From the human T2T-CHM13v2.0 reference genome, Homo sapiens, in NCBI RefSeq assembly GCF_009914755.1, contig NC_060931.1: a stretch of DNA of 64,000 nucleotides; one strand, 5' to 3'. This document shows positions 58,660-64,000 of the stretch, in pieces (position 1 is the first letter of the stretch; the number at the start of each line of letters is the position of its first letter). A program made the position numbers and the translations under genes. The notes under the pieces are model-generated. The model was given only the letters and a program-made list of their open reading frames with translations. It was not told where the DNA came from and made no database searches.

Positions 58660-59181
58660 ATAGTAATTTATGCTGAGTGGAATGGCCAAATACATTTATT
58701 TAATATGCTCTAGGAGGAGTCATGAATATTTATGGAAGGAGAAATGCATGCATGCGCAATTGAGTTTCTTGCTTCTTCATGGGTCCCATGTACAAAAAAT
58801 GGCGGTGTTAGCATGATCCCATGGTGGAGTTTTCAGCCCTCTGACATTAAAAGGTGAAGCAGAGTACATGAAAACTCGCTCGGTGCATCCTCTGTATGCT
58901 GGCCAGAACCTCTCCATCATGGGTGGTCTCTTATCAGGCAAGAAAGGAGAGGTTGATATCAGTGGTGTAGCCTTTGGAAGGGCTGGTTTCTGTTAAATCC
59001 TTAGGGAAGAAAGCCTCATCATGGTTAGCAAAGGAGGGGGTATAACGATGTGTATCTGACCCCCATCATCCCATCCTAGCAAAGCTGAGAACTCAGTTTT
59101 GAAAGTTACTCTGGGGTCCCCTCAGCCAAGAGTGGGTCTGTTCAGTCAGTTGGGAGCTTAGGATTTCATTTTCATTTATCA
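58660..59181 (-). mobile_element. ERV1 LTR (LOR1/MER31-like)
   Basis: Reverse complement starts tgataaatgaaaatgaaatcctaagctcccaactgactgaacagaccc. Confidence 0.65.
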
Positions 59182-59599
59182 ATGCTAATGGGAAAGAGTA
59201 CACTGTCTTCATGGCAGCTGAATTTGCAAGAAACTCCTTGGATGGGGTTAATGCAGCTGTATTTTTCTGGGAGCTCTGCTTTAATTGGATAAAGTAAGTT
59301 CTGGTATGATTTCTTCCTTTATCTTCAGTATCTCAAATGTTTTCATTTAAATAATCTGTGTAACAATTTTTGATGTCAGAGTAGATTCCCACACAGTCAT
59401 CTATTGTTAAGACTTTCTGATTCCCTTTTTTTCCTCTGGTCATTATGAATAGGGCTTATGTAAATAATGGCATGGTAGCTTTTGATTGGAAATAACATCA
59501 AAGTAGTTGTCAAAATACTTAGGAATGTGATTTTTGGATTGTAAGGTGAGACTTGTTTAGCTTTGGGGAAAAAATGCCCAACTTGTAATAGGGGAGGAA

Positions 59600-60140
59600 A
59601 AATAATTTTCTATGTTTTCAGAATTCTTAGATGGGACCTTCTGTAAAAACTGACGGATTAAAATTAGAAAAATAGAAAAGTTTAGAAACATGTATACCTT
59701 ATGGATACATGGGAGATACTCAGGAAAAAACGAGTAAATCTGCAACAGGTGGCTTTCAATTCAAGCATAAATACTATCTTCAACTTAAAGAAAGAAGATT
59801 TGAGGTGCAGTAGTGGGGATCTAACTAGCAAAAGCACAGTAGACAAGGGTAAGGTTTGTTATACAGACTGAAGTCTATGCATTCTCCATTGATAAGACTC
59901 TAGTGATTTACTTATCCTTCTCTTCTTGATGTTGACAGAGGTAGCTTTTAAATGGGGATTTCCTTTAGAGATGTAAATTTTCCTTACACAAGGGTAACTT
60001 CTACTCTGTTTTCAGAACGTTGTTAGCATTTTTTTTAAAATAGCTTGGAATAATTCTTAAGCCAAAGGGACATATTTTGGGACAGCATATTCTGGTTTCC
60101 TACCATTATATTTTGGGGTGGCATATTTTGGTCTTATACA
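59600..60140 (-). mobile_element. ERV1 LTR (MER34-like)
   Basis: Reverse complement starts tgtataagaccaaaatatgccaccccaaaata. Confidence 0.6.
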
Positions 60141-60312
60141 CTGTGTTCCACAGGCAACGAAAAGAGTTCTTGTTTTTCCTGCAGCAATTTGTCATTTTTT
60201 AAAGAGCTTAGCAGTTCTAAGAGCTATAGAGTAGCTGTGCTATCTCATTGTGGTTTTCAATTCTCTAGTATGTTGAGCGTCTTTTTGCACGTTTACTTGC
60301 CATAGATCTTTT
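60141..60312 (-). mobile_element. L1MC-like fragment ending abruptly at the 29-mer array
   Basis: tatctcattgtggttttcaatt...tgttgagcgtctttttgcacgtttacttgcca. Confidence 0.7.
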
Positions 60313-61181
60313 TCTGCGCCTGCGCCGGCGCGGGGCGCCTCTCTGCGCCTGCGCCGGCGCGGGGCGCCTCTCTGCGCCTGCGCCGGCGCGGGGCGCCTCT
60401 CTGCGCCTGCGCCGGCGCGGGGCGCCTCTCTGCGCCTGCGCCGGCGCGGGGCGCCTCTCTGCGCCTGCGCCGGCGCGGGGCGCCTCTCTGCGCCTGCGCC
60501 GGCGCGGGGCGCCTCTCTGCGCCTGCGCCGGCGCGGGGCGCCTCTCTGCGCCTGCGCCGGCGCGGGGCGCCTCTCTGCGCCTGCGCCGGCGCGGGGCGCC
60601 TCTCTGCGCCTGCGCCGGCGCGGGGCGCCTCTCTGCGCCTGCGCCGGCGCGGGGCGCCTCTCTGCGCCTGCGCCGGCGCGGGGCGCCTCTCTGCGCCTGC
60701 GCCGGCGCGGGGCGCCTCTCTGCGCCTGCGCCGGCGCGGGGCGCCTCTCTGCGCCTGCGCCGGCGCGGGGCGCCTCTCTGCGCCTGCGCCGGCGCGGGGC
60801 GCCTCTCTGCGCCTGCGCCGGCGCGGGGCGCCTCTCTGCGCCTGCGCCGGCGCGGGGCGCCTCTCTGCGCCTGCGCCGGCGCGGGGCGCCTCTCTGCGCC
60901 TGCGCCGGCGCGGGGCGCCTCTCTGCGCCTGCGCCGGCGCGGGGCGCCTCTCTGCGCCTGCGCCGGCGCGGGGCGCCTCTCTGCGCCTGCGCCGGCGCGG
61001 GGCGCCTCTCTGCGCCTGCGCCGGCGCGGGGCGCCTCTCTGCGCCTGCGCCGGCGCGGGGCGCCTCTCTGCGCCTGCGCCGGCGCGGGGCGCCTCTCTGC
61101 GCCTGCGCCGGCGCGGGGCGCCTCTCTGCGCCTGCGCCGGCGCGGGGCGCCTCTCTGCGCCTGCGCCGGCGCGGGGCGCCT
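60313..61181 (+). promoter_or_regulatory. Subtelomeric 29-bp CpG array (TERRA promoter-type), 30 units
   Basis: Unit tctgcgcctgcgccggcgcggggcgcctc at 60313 + 29n (last starts 61154); 6 CpG and one NRF1-like motif (tgcgcctgcgc) per unit. Confidence 0.93.
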
Positions 61182-61780
61182 TTGCGAGGGCGGAGCTGCG
61201 TTCTCCTCTGCACAGCCTTTTGGGGTACCACGGAGGCGAAGCAGCATTCTCCTCAGCACAGACGCGGGCGGTCGGGTGGGACGGCGGCTCCGCGAGGGCG
61301 GAGCGGCGTTCTGCTCACCACAGACCCAGGAGACACCACGAAGGCAGAGCACCGTTCTCCTCAGCACAGACCTTGGGGGCACTGCCTCGCTTTGACACGA
61401 CTCGGGGCTTCATTGATGGTGAATACAATCCTTTCTGTTTGCAGCGCTGAATATTCAGGGTCAGAGAACAGTTAGAAGGGTTCAGTGTGGAAAACGGGAA
61501 ACCAAAAGCCCGTCTGAATCCTGTGCACCGAGATTCTCCCCAGCCAAGGTGAGGCGGCAGCAGTGGGAGATCCACACCGTAGCGTGGGAACACAAATGCA
61601 GCATTACAAATGCAGACATGACACCGAAAATATAACACACCCCATTGCTCATGTAACAAGCACCTGTAATGCTAATGCACTGCCTCAAAACAAAATATTA
61701 ATATAAGATCGGCATTCCCCACACTGCCATGCAGTGCTAAGACAGCAATGAGAACAGTCAACATAATAACCCTAACAGTG
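61182..61780. repeat. TAR1 telomere-associated repeat, including about 4 degenerate '37-mer-type' units
   Basis: Recurrent gttctcctcagcacagac cores (61182-61372); typical distal TAR1 ...gcagtgctaagacagcaatgagaacagtcaacataataaccctaa. Confidence 0.93.
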
Positions 61781-64000
61781 TTAGGGTTAGGGGTTAGGGG
61801 TTAGGGTCAGGGTCAGGGTCAGGGTCAGGGTCAGGGTTAGGGTAGGGTTCGGGTTCGGGTTCGGGTTCGGGTTCGGGTTAGGGTTAGGGTTGGGTTAGGG
61901 TTAGGGTTAGGGTTAGGGTTAGGGTAGGGTTGGGGTTGGGGTTGGGGTTGGGGTTGGGGTTGGGGTTGGGGTTAGGGGTTAGGGGTTAGGGTTGGGGTTG
62001 GGGTTGGGGTTGGGGTTGGGGTGGGTTAGGGTTAGGGTTGGGTTGGGTTGGGTTGGGTTGGGTTGGGTTAGGGTTAGGGTTGGGTTAGGGTTGGGGTTGG
62101 GGTAGGGGTTGGGGTTGGGGTTGGGGTTGGGGTTGGGGTAGGGGTAGGGTTGGGGTTGGGGTTGGGGTAGGGGTAGGGTTAGGGTTAGGGTTAGGGTTAG
62201 GGTTAGGGTTAGGGTTAAGGGTTAAGGGTTAGGGTTAGGGTTAGGGTTAGGGTTAGGGGGTTAGGGTTAGGGTTAGGGTTAGGGTTAGGGTTAGGGTTAG
62301 AGGGTTAGGGTTAGGGTGAGTTAGGGTTAGGGTTAGGGTTAGGGTTAGGGTTAGGGTTAGGGTTAGGGTTAGGGTTAGGGTTGGGTTAGGGTTAGGGTTA
62401 GGGTTAGGGTTAGGGTTAGGGTTAGGGTTAGGGGGTTAGGGTTAGGGTTAGGGTTAGGGTTAGGGCTAGGGCTAGGGCTAGGGTTAGGGTTAGGGTTAGG
62501 GTTAGGGGTTAGGGGTTAGGGGTTAGGGTTAGGGTTAGGGTTAGGGTTAGGGTTAGGGTTAGGGTTGGGTTAGGGTTAGGGTTAGGGTTAGGGGTTAGGG
62601 TTAGGGTTAGGGTTAGGGTTAGGGTTAGGGTTAGGGGTTAGGGGTTAGGGTTAGGGTTAGGGTTAGGGTTAGGGTTAGGGTTAGGGGTTAGGGGTTAGGG
62701 TTAGGGTTAGGGTTAGGGTTAGGGTTAGGGGGTTAGGGTTAGGGGGTTAGGGTTAGGGTTAGGGTTAGGGTTAGGGTTAGGGTTAGGGGTTAGGGTTAGG
62801 GTTAGGGTTAGGGTTAGGGTTAGGGGGTTAGGGTTAGGGTTAGGGTTAGGGTTAGGGTTAGGGTTAGGGTTAGGGTTAGGGTTAGGGTTAGGGTTAGGGT
62901 TAGGGTTAGGGTTAGGGTTAGGGTTAGGGTTAGGGTTAGGGTTAGGGTTAGGGTTAGGGTTAGGGTTAGGGTTAGGGTTAGGGTTAGGGTTAGGGTTAGG
63001 GTAGGGTTAGGGTTAGGGTTAGGGTTAGGGTTAGGGTTAGGGTTAGGGTGGTTAGGGTTAGGGTTAGGGTTAGGGTTAGGGTTAGGGTTAGGGTTAGGGT
63101 TAGGGTTAGGGTTAGGGTTAGGGTTAGGGTTAGGGTTAGGGTTAGGGTTAGGGTTAGGGTAGGGTTAGGGTTAGGGTTAGGGTTAGGGTTAGGGTTAGGG
63201 TTAGGGTTAGGGTTAGGGTTAGGGTTAGGGTTAGGGTTAGGGTTAGGGTTAGGGTTAGGGTTAGGGTTAGGGTTAGGGTTAGGGTTAGGGTTAGGGTTAG
63301 GGTAGGGTTAGGGTTAGGGTTAGGGTTAGGGTTAGGGTTAGGGTTAGGGTTAGGGTTAGGGTTAGGGTTAGGGTTAGGGTTAGGGTTAGGGTTAGGGTTA
63401 GGGTTAGGGTTAGGGTTAGGGTTAGGGTTAGGGTTAGGGTTAGGGTTAGGGTTAGGGTTAGGGTTAGGGTTAGGGTTAGGGTTAGGGTTAGGGTTAGGGT
63501 TAGGGTTAGGGTTAGGGTTAGGGTTAGGGTTAGGGTTAGGGTTAGGGTTAGGGTTAGGGTTAGGGTTAGGGTTAGGGTTAGGGTTAGGGTTAGGGTTAGG
63601 GTTAGGGTTAGGGTTAGGGTTAGGTTAGGGTTAGGGTTAGGGTTAGGGTTAGGGTTAGGGTTAGGGTTAGGGTTAGGGTTAGGGTTAGGGTTAGGGTTAG
63701 GGTTAGGGTTAGGGTTAGGGTTAGGGTTAGGGTTAGGGTTAGGGTTAGGGTTAGGGTTAGGGTTAGGGTTAGGGTTAGGGTTAGGGTTAGGGTTAGGGTT
63801 AGGGTTAGGGTTAGGGTTAGGGTTAGGGTTAGGGTTAGGGGTTAGGGTTAGGGTTAGGGTTAGGGTTAGGGTTAGGGTTAGGGTTAGGGGTTAGGGTTAG
63901 GGTTAGGGGTTAGGGTTAGGGGTTAGGGTTAGGGTTAGGGTTAGGGTTAGGGTGGTAGGGTTAGGGTTAGGGTTAGGGTTAGGGGTTAGGGTTAGGGTTA
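61781..64000 (+). repeat. Telomere (TTAGGG)n with proximal variant repeats
   Basis: Continuous array to the window end; TCAGGG, TTCGGG, TTGGGG, TTGGG and CTAGGG variants in the first ~700 bp. Confidence 0.99.

Noticed and set aside
60070-60140. Short direct repeat (atattttggg...gcatatt)
   Set aside because: Small duplication at the end of a MER34-like LTR; no further significance evident.
60240-61382. 380-aa and 312-aa Arg/Ala-rich minus-strand ORFs
   Set aside because: Produced by a stop-free 29-bp repeat (same 29-aa period in each frame); both start at GTG; no coding evidence.
63048-63305. VR/GL dipeptide ORF
   Set aside because: Trivial translation of TTAGGG; start and frame switch depend on single variant repeats.
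62500-64000. TTAGGGG/TTAGGGGG/TAGGG units in the distal telomere
   Set aside because: Homopolymer-length variants cannot be told from sequencing or consensus error without reads.

Overview
Gene-free primate (almost certainly human: an AluYa5 with all five diagnostic sites is present) distal subtelomere, read toward the chromosome end. It finishes in a 29-bp CpG tandem array (60313-61181), a TAR1 element (to 61780) and about 2.2 kb of (TTAGGG)n with a proximal variant-repeat zone. Everything upstream is a transposon mosaic: two full-length dead L1s (L1PA8-like 9288-15706; L1PA4-like 23476-29610 with a 14-bp TSD), a 5'-truncated MER57-type ERV1 provirus with integrase and env remnants, and many LTRs, Alus, MIR/L2/L1M and MER DNA elements. 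It also holds a 34-bp minisatellite and a degenerate interstitial telomere tract at about 19.8 kb. No host protein-coding gene is supported; the longest ORFs are TE- or repeat-derived and none of the short ones shows a recognisable host domain. I found no convincing new biological system. The best leads are: (1) a 112-bp locally templated insertion of a nearby MER58A copy into L1 ORF2; (2) an atypical TERRA-promoter block of 30 identical variant 29-mers with no 61-mer CTCF block; (3) an unexplained 123-bp fold-back hairpin; and (4) several rearrangement junctions. Repeat subfamily names come from recalled consensus sequences, and boundaries of old elements are approximate.
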